Position numbers and translations under genes: made by a program
The notes under the pieces: generated by a model
What the model saw: the letters and a program-made list of their open reading frames with translations, nothing else
Databases searched by the model: none
What the model was told of the DNA's origin: nothing
Part shown: positions 37,921 through 49,435 of the stretch, piece by piece
How the letters are laid out: every line of letters begins with the position of its first letter
Position numbering within the stretch: the stretch's first letter is position 1
Source: Camelus ferus
Lineage: Eukaryota
NCBI RefSeq assembly: GCF_009834535.1
Contig: NC_045697.1
Coordinates: 11,782,001 to 11,846,000 of the forward strand
Length of the DNA stretch: 64,000 nucleotides
Direction: 5' to 3'

Positions 37921-39776
37921 AGAGAAGTGATCTCTAAGTGCTATTTCATTTTACTTTGCACAACAAATCCTATGACAGATTAGGAAACGGAAACATGAGA
38001 GTCTCAGGCCATTGCCCAGAAGAGTAGGAATTTGAACCCAAGTCTTCAACAGGCAGAATAGCCTAACCAAACCTCCATTCTGCACGGAGGAGCTTGGGGG
38101 GATTGAAAATCAGTTGATTACCATAGAATTTTGTATTTTTAGCAAATTCTAAAAGTAATTGCTTAACTCCTAAGATACTTAAAGTTGACAGAGGTCCAGG
38201 ATTGGGGGCAGAGGTAAGATGCAGAGGTACTGCGCGTGGCGTGCCTTCTCAACGCAAGCTTAATGTTACAGTGGGAATAACTAATGTAATTGGTCGCTTA
38301 CGAATGTGCCGAGCACTCTTCTAAGCCTTTTATATGGATTTTGTCATTCATTACCAGAAGAACATTTGCTAAGTCAAGGTCATTGTGATGAAGATCAGCT
38401 GTTGTATTTCAAGGACCTGATCTTCAGGACCAGCCCTGACACCCAATTTTCTCATGAGAGAGATGACCGAGGTATCGCATCTCCTGTGAACCACAAAGGG
38501 TTGCTGTCAGGGACAAGCAAGCATATGGTAAAAGCCTTTGTACGCCGCTGCACAAGCTTTGGAGACACTCCTCTTTATTTTCATTGTGGAGAGACCACAG
38601 AAGTAAACCCCAATTAGAGGGAAGAAAACTGACATTTCCATCCCCACGTCCCTCTGTCCCCTCTGTGCTCTCCAAGTGAGGCTCCTGGAACTCCTGTTGG
38701 TTAACAACGCACCTCCTGAACTCCCTCTGAACTTCTGTGACCAAATAAGGAATTTTACTCTCCCACTTCTGCTCCACGTTGTCCCCCAGAGCCAATGACA
38801 GTCTCACAGGACACAAAGTTGACATTCAGCAACAGACTAAAATTCAAAATTTTAAAGCCATAGTATAAGATAGAAATTAGGGACTATTTCATTCCGTGTG
38901 CCTGTAAATTAAAAGAAAAAGACATCTTCACTCTTAGAAGAGACAAAGACCCCAGCAGGGTGATGGGTGATTACTATTTGCTAACACATTAGAAAAGCAC
39001 TCTCCTTTCCCATTTCAGATGACATGACAGCAGGGGATGGGGGGTGGGGGTTGTAAGCACTGGGGTCCAGGCTGCCCCAGCAGTGCCAAACCCCCTCAGG
39101 TTTAACGCTGCAATTTTACCCACAGCAGACTCACCTAATGATAAATTCAGGAATCATAAAGCCTTGTTTACACATTTCAATTGAGAACACAGATCACTTC
39201 ATGGTATTAATAACAGTGCTGGGGATTCTGACAGCAGTGACATTTTAGAGAAAGAAATGCTTGTACATGCATCAAAGAGATCAACATTTGATACTGTGCA
39301 TTGTTGGCGATATTCAAATGCTAATCATTCCATTTTTGTTTTCCTTCTACTGTACGCATTTTTTTAGAATGGTTAGTGTCTCTTTACAGTCAGATCTACC
39401 AGGTTTTGCCTGCTAATAACTTCCTTGTCATTAAGAGGTCCACACCAAGGTTATGTAAATACTTGAAACGCGGAACAATTAAACCGTCAGCTGAAACATT
39501 AGTCTGGAGGAAGATATCGGGTTACATCCTTCAGTAACACACTCCTCTACGCTTGAGTCAGGTGAAGACCGTCTCTGTAGAGACTTCCGGATGTGGCTGT
39601 AGTAAACATGGGCTGAGGAGGCAGGCACTGAGGGAGGACCAGGAGATGGACCTGAAATCTTGAACTGGTATGTTTGAAAGTGCTGACCTTGGAACAGAGG
39701 ATTGCTGAGTGTGCGGAAGATGTCAAGGACCCTCGCTACTGCTCGGACACCTGGGGCATGACCTGCACCCCCTAGG

Positions 39777-40029
39777 ATGCCTGGATGGTTCAAAAAGATG
39801 TGGTATGGGCTGGCATCCTTACTCAGCTTCTCCTCCTTCATAATGATCATCATTGCCTTGGCGGTGCCCCACTGGCTGAGTGGGAAAATCCTTTGTCAGA
39901 CTGGAGTGGACCTGGTCAATGCCACGGATCCAGAGCTGGTCAAATTCATTGGGGACATTTACTATGGACTCTTCCGCGGGTGTAAGGTGCGGCAGTGTGG
40001 GCTCGGCGGCCGACAGTCCCAGTTCACAA
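39777..40029 (+). CDS. CLRN2: CLRN2 coding exon 1 (first TM segment, NAT glycosylation sequon, YYGLFRGC motif)
   Basis: ORF from ATG 39777; donor ACA A|GTGAGT at 40030; 253 nt. Confidence 0.97.
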
Positions 40030-43000
40030 GTGAGTATATTAGGGGCATGAAAGCTGCTTTAGAATACTTATTTTTAAATATTCGTAAGAATGCTTATGTC
40101 TAAATGTGTAATTCAAGTGCTGCTTCAGTGTAAGGCATAACGAGGAAGTCCACAGTAAGCCAGGGTTCAGCACCTAGAAGAGACCTTTTTTCCCTGCAGA
40201 TGCTTACAGAAACACTAGAAATGGGATTGGTGTATATTTGTAGTTGACCTCTGTGAATAATCACTATTAAAATATTGAGTGCTCACCTGTGTCAGACCTT
40301 CCACCAAGTGCCTTTCATGGCGTGTCTCTCTTACGCTTTATAACAAATGTATAAAGAAGAAATTGTTACTGTTCCCACTTTGCAGGGGACTACACTGAGG
40401 CTTGGAGAGGTGAAATAACTTGCCTGGGGTCACTCGGCCAGGAAACAGAGCCAGATTTTAGACCCCGGTCACACGCAACATGCGTATTCTCAGCCAGTCT
40501 GGCCCCCAATGTAGGCTGCCTGCTGAAAGGAATCTTCCACTTCTGTTTATAGAAAAGCTTCATCATCTGAGAGAAAGCAAACGGGTTCTGCGTCTGGGCT
40601 CTGGAATCAGTCTATCTGGGTTCAAAGCCCAACCCGGATGTTTCCTGGCAGGGAGACCTGGGGCAAGGCGCTGGGCTGCTATCTGCGAACATGAGTGTGC
40701 AGACCAACCCAGCGGCCATCCAGTGTCACGTCAGAGCAGCTCTGACTGTAAACAGGGAAGGAATCCAAGCCCAGCTTATGAAGGGTCTTCTGGGAAGGAA
40801 AAACCAAAACAGAAAAGGCAATATTCTGTAAGCCTTAGAATCATACCATTCGATCACTGTGAGAACAGCATCCTACAAAATCTTAATCAACATACGACAA
40901 ATGCAGAGAGATAGGAATTTGATTCATTATTTGACTTCTATATTTCAGAATTGTAGTTTTTAGAATCCTGGTCAGGGTGAGTATCTTGTTAAACGTATAG
41001 AGACAGAAAGCAGGAACCATTGACAAATATAATTATATAAATTGGCATCATTTATACACATGAAGGATATATATATTTGTTATGTACAGCCAAAAAAAAT
41101 AAATCTCTGGGAATATTTACATTTACCCAGAAATTAAATTAGACCAGGCATATTGGGAAAATAGCTCTGTTAAAAACAAAACATAAAAAGCTGAAAACAC
41201 ACAATATAAACAAAGAAATAAGAAAGGAAATATAAAAATTTTTTAAAAGGACATGTTATAAGGGGACAATGACAACTGTATTCAGTACTTGGTTCAGATC
41301 TGGGTCTGTTTGCTATAAAGGACGCCACTGGGACAATTGGTGGAATTTGAACAAGGTGTCAGAATTAAACAGTGGTCATTAGTGTTAACCTAGTGATTTC
41401 GATAGTTGTATTGTGGTTTTGAGAGATAATATCCTTTTTGAGGACACAGACCCTGAAGTACTCAGGGATGAAGAGGCAATTTTCCCTCAAGGGTTTAGGA
41501 AAGAAAGAATTTTTTTTTTCTTTGTACCGTTCTTGCAATTTTTCTGAAGTCTGAGATTGTTTTGAAACCACCCACAAAAAGAAAAATTAGGGGGAAAGGG
41601 CACAATTTTTTAAATAGTTGTGGATAACTGAAATTAACGAACCTCATGAAAAAAGTTCCACCGCTTGAACAAGGGAGCCACAAATTCAACAGCAGCGATG
41701 TTCCAAAGACTTGAATAAGCAAGACAGTGCCCAGGGAATATAATGAAAATAGCCCATACAATTATGTAGTATGCTATATCACATGACCGTCATAACCACC
41801 TTCTTACATACTAGATTATTTATCTGTTATGCTTATTATTTATTATCTGTCTCCACCTCTTTAGTGTGTAGTGTCATTAGGACAAGGATCTCATCCATTG
41901 GTTGATCCCAAGCCCCTAGAACAGTGCCTGGCCCACAGTAGGTGGTCAGAAACATTGGTTGAATGAACAATGATAAAGAACTTTTAAACTCTTTTGTACT
42001 GAATGGTCGTATGCAAGATGCCAGACTTGTGACCTGTGCTATACTAATGAGGCTCAGAGAGGTTAAACAACTTGCTCAAGGTCTCAGAGCTGTGAGTGCT
42101 GGAGCCAGGCCCCAACCCAGGACAGCCAACCCCAAAGGTCCTGCCTTTCCACTGTGTATCATTCCTTTGGGAATCTGAGACTGGCAACCTTCCCAAGGGG
42201 TAGTGTCACCCTAGTAGTCCTCACCGTTCTCCTGGAATTCAGCCGAGGGTGTTGGGAAGGTGGTGGATGAAGGTGGACTCTCCAGTGTGGGAGGCGGCAG
42301 GGTGGACAGCTCCTGTCTGAAATGACCGACGGGCCACCCAAACAACTGGGAGGGAGTGTTAGGTCCCTAGGGCTGCCATAACAAAGTCCCATGAACTCGG
42401 TGTCTCAGACACAGAAACGGATTCTCTCACAGTTCTGGAGGTTAGAAATCTGAAATCAGGTTGTCGACAGGGCCGTGCTCCGTCTGAAACCTCTAGAGGG
42501 AGCCTTCCTTGCCTCTTCCAGCTTCCGGTAGCCCCAGACATCACTTGGCTTGTGGTAGCGGAACTCCAATCCACACGCGGCAGTTCTCCCCACATCTCTC
42601 CACACCATCTTCTCTCTGTGCATCTGTCTCTGTGTCCAGATTTCCCCTTCGTATAAGGCCACTGGTCTTACTGGATTAGAGCCCACCCTGGTGACCTCGT
42701 TTAAACTCGATTACTTCTGTAAAGATCCTACTTCCAAATAAGGCCATAAGGTGCTGGGGTGGTTAGGACTTCAACCTATTTTTTTGAGGAAAGAACAGAA
42801 TGCAACCATAACAGAGGGTGTGGGGTGGCAGACAGGGGACCTGGTAGAATTCAGGAAGTCACCAAGCACAATTGCTGTCTCTGGAGAAGCAGCAAAGCAG
42901 AGACGGGCTTTGCAGGAGGGCTGGGCAAGACTGCGCCCTTCCACTGCGGTGCTGATTAAACCTGGGCATCCCAGCGCACAGGAGGGTGAACCGCCTCTCA

Positions 43001-46000
43001 CTGGAAGCCATAAGCAAATGAACACTTTCTGTTTGCCCCACTGGAGGGACTCTCTACATGTCCCTTTCCTTCCTCCCTCTTCCTTCACAGAGGGATGCCC
43101 ACAGGAGACAGCACCCTGGGTCCATCTGTACTCTGCTCTCTGAAGCATCAGAACTGTATGAGGACGTTGTAATTTCAGTTCTGAGGACAATAATATTCAA
43201 AACAGTTTTGTTCCTGGCTGCCCGGGGGGGTTGTCCCAGAAGAGAGTATATGAACATCTATTCACAATGCCTTTGGTGTGATTCTTAAAACTTTCACCAG
43301 GAGCTGAGGCAAGTGTCCTCCCACGTTTGGTTCCACTTCTTCTGCTCAGGGACACTGCAGCTGTTCTAATATTCTCTAGCACCGGAAGTAGTCTCTCTAC
43401 CTCTAGATTTACAGCTCCTCAGCCCCACACAACCTGTGTGAAGCAGCTATGGGGTGTATCAGAGTCCCCCCCCCCAAGCTGGAATCAGGATATACCTGCT
43501 TCTGTCACTCACTGTTGACCCACCCCTCTCCACAGCACTCCTTATGCCCCGAATTCCTGCTCCCCCATCATCGTAATCTGATTACTTCTCAATTTTTTAT
43601 TAAATCAAATCTGGATATGAGTTCACATCATTATGTGGATACAATTAATTATTTTTAAAATTTGCATTGTGTGATTGTGCTTTAATTCATTAAATCAATC
43701 TCCTATTGATTCATATTTTGGGTTTTCTCCAATCTTTTACTACTGTAATCAATATCCATTATATACAGCTTTTTTTTTTTAACACATTATATACAGCTTT
43801 GAGCACACATGGGCGTGCTTTTCCTAGTAGTGAAATTGCTTTGATAGGTGTTACCTAATTCCCCTCTATGAATTAGCCTGTATAAATTAACATCCCTACA
43901 AGGTTTGACAGCAGCTCCTTCCCTACACCGTCATCAGCACAATGTGTTAGCAAACCTTTTCATCTTTGCCAATCACATAGGTGATGATTTTCTATTTTAA
44001 GTGTTTGGTGAGGATCATTATGCTGGTTATGTGTCCTAAGGATTGCACGGGCAAGAATGGGGATAATGAAAAAATTAGGTAATCAAGCGTAAGCTACCAT
44101 GTTTGGAATGAAAAGGAGCTGAGAGTTTGCAACAACAACAACAAAAAAAAAAAAATCTAAAGGACACTGAGCTATAAGGGAACGAAATTAAAGAGAGAAG
44201 TCCTGCAGAGACAAATCCCTTGGGAAGGAGTTCAGTTTTCAGGGTAAAGTTTCTGAAGCGGATGAGATAGACATGTGGAGATAAATAGACATGGAAACAC
44301 AGTACTGGAAAGAAAGTTAGATCAGAACTGCCGATGTTTCCATGGAATGTCTGGAAACTTCTCAGTGGAAAGGATATTTTAAAGGGAGAAGGACAAACGT
44401 TCTTGCTCTCAGGCTTGGGAGACACCAGCCTTCTATGAATAAAGGTGGGCAGGTGAGCCAGCAAAGGAGCCAGAGGGGAACGGGGTCAGGGAGCGAGTGG
44501 AACCAGGAAAGCTTCGAGTCCTGGTTCCCAAGTTGGGGCAAACACAGGCTGGTCAGTGATATCAAGTAATGAATCAGGGAGGTTGAAGTTCACAAGATGG
44601 ATCCAGATTTGACCAGGAGGTGTTCAGTAGAACCCTTAGAGTAGTTACAGAGAAAGGGGTATGCCCAGAAGTTCTTTAAGTTTCGTCATTTTAAATCATT
44701 CATTTATAGCAACTGAAATCAGTGACTCTGAACTCTGTATACCGTGTGGTATATAGGACTACGGTCCTAGACAGAGTTCAGGGTGCCCTTGCCCAAACAC
44801 AAGGGACTAAATGTCTCCAAGCCTGTGGGGAAAGGGGTTTAATAAAATCTACTTCGTATCCCTGTCATAAGGATTGGATGAGATGACAGATGTAGAGGGC
44901 TTGGCCCATAACTGTGCTCGGTAAATGTTGATTACACTCAACTCATGTACAGCTGTTGCTATCCCCATTACACTGATGAGGAAACTGAGGCCTGAGAAGG
45001 CACATGACTTTTCCCAATTCAGAGAGTAAAAACCACCACAACAACCACGGCCGCCATTTTTGAGAACTGACTCTTAGACAATATTTAAAGACTCCACTAC
45101 GGTATATCATTGAATCTTCACAGCTAGTACTTGGTGGCAAACACAGAGAAAAACAAACCCAAGTTAATATTTCACTAAATTATCCTGCCACATTAATATG
45201 GCAAATTAATATTCTAATAAAGTGCTCTGTGCAACATGAGAACTAAATGCCCATCATACAGGGGTAATTGATGTCTGGCTCACTGAGTCATTATGAGGAC
45301 TCCAAGGTGATGCTCCTGGCTTCACGACAGGACCCTGTCCTAGCAGGATTATTCTTATGCACTTCACTTGTCCCCTTCAGCATTGTCAGATGTGTAGGAG
45401 AAGGAGGGTTTAGAAAATCCTATTTTAAATTGTGGCAAGTCAGCAAAGCTGGGATTTGAACCCCGAACTTTGGGTGCCTGATCTAGGCTTCCCTTTGCTA
45501 CACCTTTCACTCTTCAAGTAACACCTGAGACTGCTTCTGCCTCCCTGATTTAATGAAGGCTACTCTGACCCAGATTAAAGCTTTGTGATCTGCCTTCTCA
45601 GACGGATTCTCTTGCCAGCCTCCTTTGCTAAAGAGACACCATCTGGGGCCCGTGTGGGTCAGCTCACACCAGACCCCAGACATGCGAGGTCAGTGCAACT
45701 TAAATGCCCAGCTGGGGCACATTTTGATTTTGCCTCCACCCCAAGAAAGAGAAGTGTTGGCCAAGGAACAAGCGGCAAATCTGAAGCTATGAATTCATCT
45801 CAGGAAGTCTTCTGCTTTTTGAAAGCCCAGCACTTGACCTCACTCCCCTCTACTAAGACCTTCATGGTGAGCAAGCTTGGCCGTATGGACTCGAGCCGAG
45901 CTCTGACCCTGACGTGTTGGCTGTGTCTTCTCTCCACAGTCTTCCCGCACCTGCTGAAGGAGCTCAGCGCGGGCCTGCACATGACCATCCTGCTGCTCCT

Positions 46001-46736
46001 CTCCCTGGCCCTGGCGCTGGCGCTGGTCAGCATGGGCTTACGCCATTCTCAACATGGTCCAGGTTCCGTACCGAGCAGTCAACGGCCCCGGGGGCATCTG
46101 CCTGTGGAATGTCCTTGCAGGTGAGGAAGGTCCCAGGGGAGAGAGACTCCTGTCCATGCCATCACGGGGCTGAGTTCCAAGCAGAGGGGCAGAAGGTGTG
46201 AAGGAAGTAAAATGCCCCCCCCAAACCTTCACTTCCTTGGGTCTCTTACCTTCTTAATAGACATGAATGTCCTTTTCACCAAAAGTTGCAGCATCTCTGT
46301 CAACATAAGAACCAAATTGTCAGCATACCTGAGTGGCTGAGGACTTGGAGCAGCAAAGAGGGGGTGATGAGAGAAGAGAGAAGACAGAGCTGGGGATGGA
46401 GAGGCAGGGGCTGTAGAAGGAGTGAGGAGGCAGGGCTGCTGCTGTGAGGCTGGAGGAACCTCACCAACGACAGAAAAGAAGGGACCTGGGGGTTTTCATG
46501 CCTTATTTCCTACAAACCTCACAGCCTCCCTGTATGGTGGTATTATTACCATATTTACAGATGAAGAGCCTGAGGCTCAGAGAAGTTAAAAGATGCACCA
46601 AAAGTCACACAGCAATAAGTTTCAGAGGTGGAATTCCAACCCATGTATAATTGAGTCTAAATTTTTTTTGTCTTTTCATTAATCTATGGTGGCATTTATG
46701 ACCATCGTGACCTATTTTCCAAGACAAAACATGTAT

Positions 46737-46769
<33 letters not shown>

Positions 46770-47897
46770 CGTTGATTTGGGAGAATATACTGATATGCAG
46801 AAATTCATTCACATTTAGTTATGCACTGAAAAAAATCACCTGTAATGAAAGTAACAAAATCCCAAGAATGATTTCAGGAAACCAAGGTCCCAAGTTCAAG
46901 GCATCCTTATGGCCAAAACCCCTCACTACCTTTACCTTATACAGGATGACCATGAAGTATAAAAATAGGTAATGTTGTTTTATCATGCATGGCATAATAT
47001 TTTATTATGTAATGGCATAATAAATGTGTTTTTAAATATTAATTAAAATCAAGGCAGTAGAAAAGTAGAGAGAAAGGGAGAGAGAGATGAAGAGAGAAAG
47101 AGAAACAGAGGGAACCCAGAAGGTCAAAGTCTGAAGCCACAGGTAGGGAAGCATGTGAGGTTTGAAATCTTTCCAATTTCCTCTCTCTACTTCCCTTTCC
47201 TCCTCCACTTCACCCTCCTTATCCTTAAGCTTGGAAAGAGGACAAAGAGGAGAGAATAGTCTAACTCTCTGTTAACCCCCTAGTCCACCCAGTAGGACGT
47301 TCTAACATCTTCCCACACAGTCCTCAGGGTCTACATACAAATGCTGAAAAGTTTAGAGACATGTGCACACCTTCACTGGGTCAGGGAAAAATCAGAGGGG
47401 TCTAGAGTCAAAGTCAATGTGATGCGAAGCTTATCCTGTGTCTCCCAACACCTCTCACCCCTCACACTGGATTATCTGCTGCTTTTAAAAGCAAATGAAA
47501 ATTTGTGTCGCCCTAAGAATGTTTTAAACCCCAAGCAAGTTGGTGGCCTGTGCCACAGACATGCCCCCTCACGTCTAGTCATCAAATTGTAAAAAGGAGC
47601 TGTGAACGAGGGCATCCTTTTTGTGTTTCAGGCGGAGTGGTGGCTCTGGCCCTCGCCAGCTTCATGGCTGCGGTGAAATTTCACGACCTGACCGAGCGAA
47701 TCGCCAACTTTCAGGAGAAGTTCTTTCACTTCGTGGTGGTGGAGGAACAGTACGAAGAGTCGTTCTGGATCTGCGTGGCCAGCGCCTCGGCCCACGCCAC
47801 TAACTTGGTGGTGGTGGCCATCAGTCAAATTCCCCTCCCGGAGATTAAGACCAAAATAGAAGAGGCCACGGTCACGGCCGAGGATATCTTGTATTAA
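39777..47897 (+). CDS. CLRN2: Clarin-2 (tetraspan hair-bundle protein), 3 coding exons; frame broken by a +1 A at 46040 (232 aa if that base is removed)
   Basis: Exons read MPGWFKKMWYGLASLL...; IFPHLLKELSAGLH...; GGVVALALASF...EEATVTAEDILY*. Introns are GT-AG. Lengths 253+181+266 = 700 nt, one more than a whole number of codons. Confidence 0.95.
42357..42790 (-). mobile_element. MLT1C-like LTR in CLRN2 intron 1
   Basis: tgttaggtccctagggctgccataacaaagt...ggttaggacttcaacctatttttt. Confidence 0.8.
43757..43800 (-). mobile_element. Poly(A)-only retro-insertion with a 16-bp TSD
   Basis: cattatatacagcttt at 43757-43772 and 43785-43800, flanking ttttttttaaca. Confidence 0.75.
45940..46120 (+). CDS. 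CLRN2: CLRN2 exon 2, containing a 1-nt insertion (A46040)
   Basis: Acceptor tctctccacag|TC, donor GCAG|GTGAGG. The clarin-like translation switches frame at GGC TT[A]C GCC ATT CTC AAC ATG. Confidence 0.95.
46733..46770. repeat. (TG)n microsatellite in CLRN2 intron 2
   Basis: Visible TG run. Confidence 0.9.
47632..47897 (+). CDS. CLRN2: CLRN2 exon 3 coding part, ending in the PDZ-ligand-like DILY; tandem stop TAA TAG
   Basis: Acceptor ttttgtgtttcag|GC; FHDLTERIANFQEK...EESFWICVASA...AEDILY*; 266 nt. Confidence 0.97.
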
Positions 47898-49014
47898 TAG
47901 CCTTCTCCTAACTCAGTTCTGTACTGTGAAAGGAGACCTCTTTTTCTTTCTTTTTTTTTTTTTTTTCTTTTTTATTTTGCAGGCATCACAGTCCAGAACG
48001 TCTATGTTCTTGGCAGTAAAAAGGAAGTGGAAGGAGGAAAAGGTGGTCCCTGGGCCAGAAAAGAAACTCCAAACTCCTGGCATCCCTGCACTTCTCTCTC
48101 ACTGACCTTGGAGTTAGTCTGCCACTTGCCTGCCTTGTGTGACATTGGACAATTCAATTCATGTCTACTTCTCAGTTTCTCCATCTGTAAAATGGGGATA
48201 TTAATGACCTCACAATGAGGTTTGAATGAGTGATAATGTTGCCAGCCTTCATATATTATAGAGGTCCCCACACATATAAGGTACTATACACTCCAGGAAA
48301 TGTCTAGAGCCCATTGGTATCGTCTACACAATATTAGGGGGGATGCACAGAGGAGTAGGATAACGTCCCTGGCCTCCAGAAACACCTAGTCTTTCCACAT
48401 GACACAGGAATCAGATAGCAACCGTAACACTAAGAATGAAAATAAGTCCCATTTTTCTGAGTGGTTACTACATGCAGTTTTAAAAGTTTTACATGTAGTA
48501 AGTCATCGAGTCCTCACTATAAACTCAGATTGTCGATATAGTCCCATTTCACAGATGAAGAAGCTAAGGCATAAAGAGATTGGGTAACTTGCCCAGGTCA
48601 GGAATTAAATGGAGGAAGTCTAGAGCCAGAGTTTACACTTTTAACCACTTTGCTAATCTGACGTTTGACGTACAAGCCATTGCAAGGCCATGTGATCAGT
48701 GTTATAACAGGACATGCAGAAAAGACCCACAAAGGAATCAGTTCTTCAGGATGGGATGTGGTATTAAAGATAGTATCACAGAGTTGACACTTGATCTGAG
48801 CTTTGAAAGATGAGGAGAATTTTTCCAGTGGTGAGGGAAGCAAGGTTGGAAAAGAGCATTCCAGGATGAGTCAGTAATGAAGCAGAGACGCAAGGCAGGA
48901 AACTACAAAGAGGGCTGGGTAGTATGTGAATTGCCAGTGGGGTTAGAACATTGCTCTAATTCAGCTGTCAGATGAACCCAGCTGTTCTGTGTTCGATTTT
49001 TGCTAAGTGGTTCT

Positions 49015-49435
49015 CTGGTGGTTAATTTTTTGTGTCAGCTTGGCTAGGCCACGGTACCCTCATATTGGTCAAGTATTATTTTAGATGTTTCTGTGAAGGG
49101 ATTTTTTGGATGGGGTTAATCAGTAGACATTAAGCAAAGCAGATTGCCCTCCATAATGTGGGAGGGTCTCATCCAATCAGTGGAAGGCTTTAAGAAAAGG
49201 ACTGCCCTCCCCCAGGGAGAGGGAATTCTGCCAGCAAACTGCCACCAGACTCAAACTGCAGCTCTTCCCCAGATCTCCAGACTGCCAGCCTAGCTACCCT
49301 GCAGATTTTGGATTTGCCAGTCTTTACAATCATGTGAGCCAATTCTGCATGATAAATCTCTTTCTCATGCGTGCATGCGTACACACACACACACACATCC
49401 TCTTGCTTCTATTTCTTTAGAGAACACTCACTCAT
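49015..49435 (+). mobile_element. MLT2-like ERVL LTR
   Basis: tggtggttaattttttgtgtcagcttggctaggccacggtaccc...(CA)n...tagagaacactcact. Confidence 0.8.

Noticed and set aside
37263..37983. Several overlapping Arg/Pro/Gly-rich ORFs of up to 193 aa
   Set aside because: Stop-poor CpG island; only the QDPR exon 1 frame has a recognisable product.
39777..47897. Calling CLRN2 an established pseudogene
   Set aside because: There is only one lesion; splice sites, start, stop and residues elsewhere are conserved, so an artefact or recent allele is equally likely.
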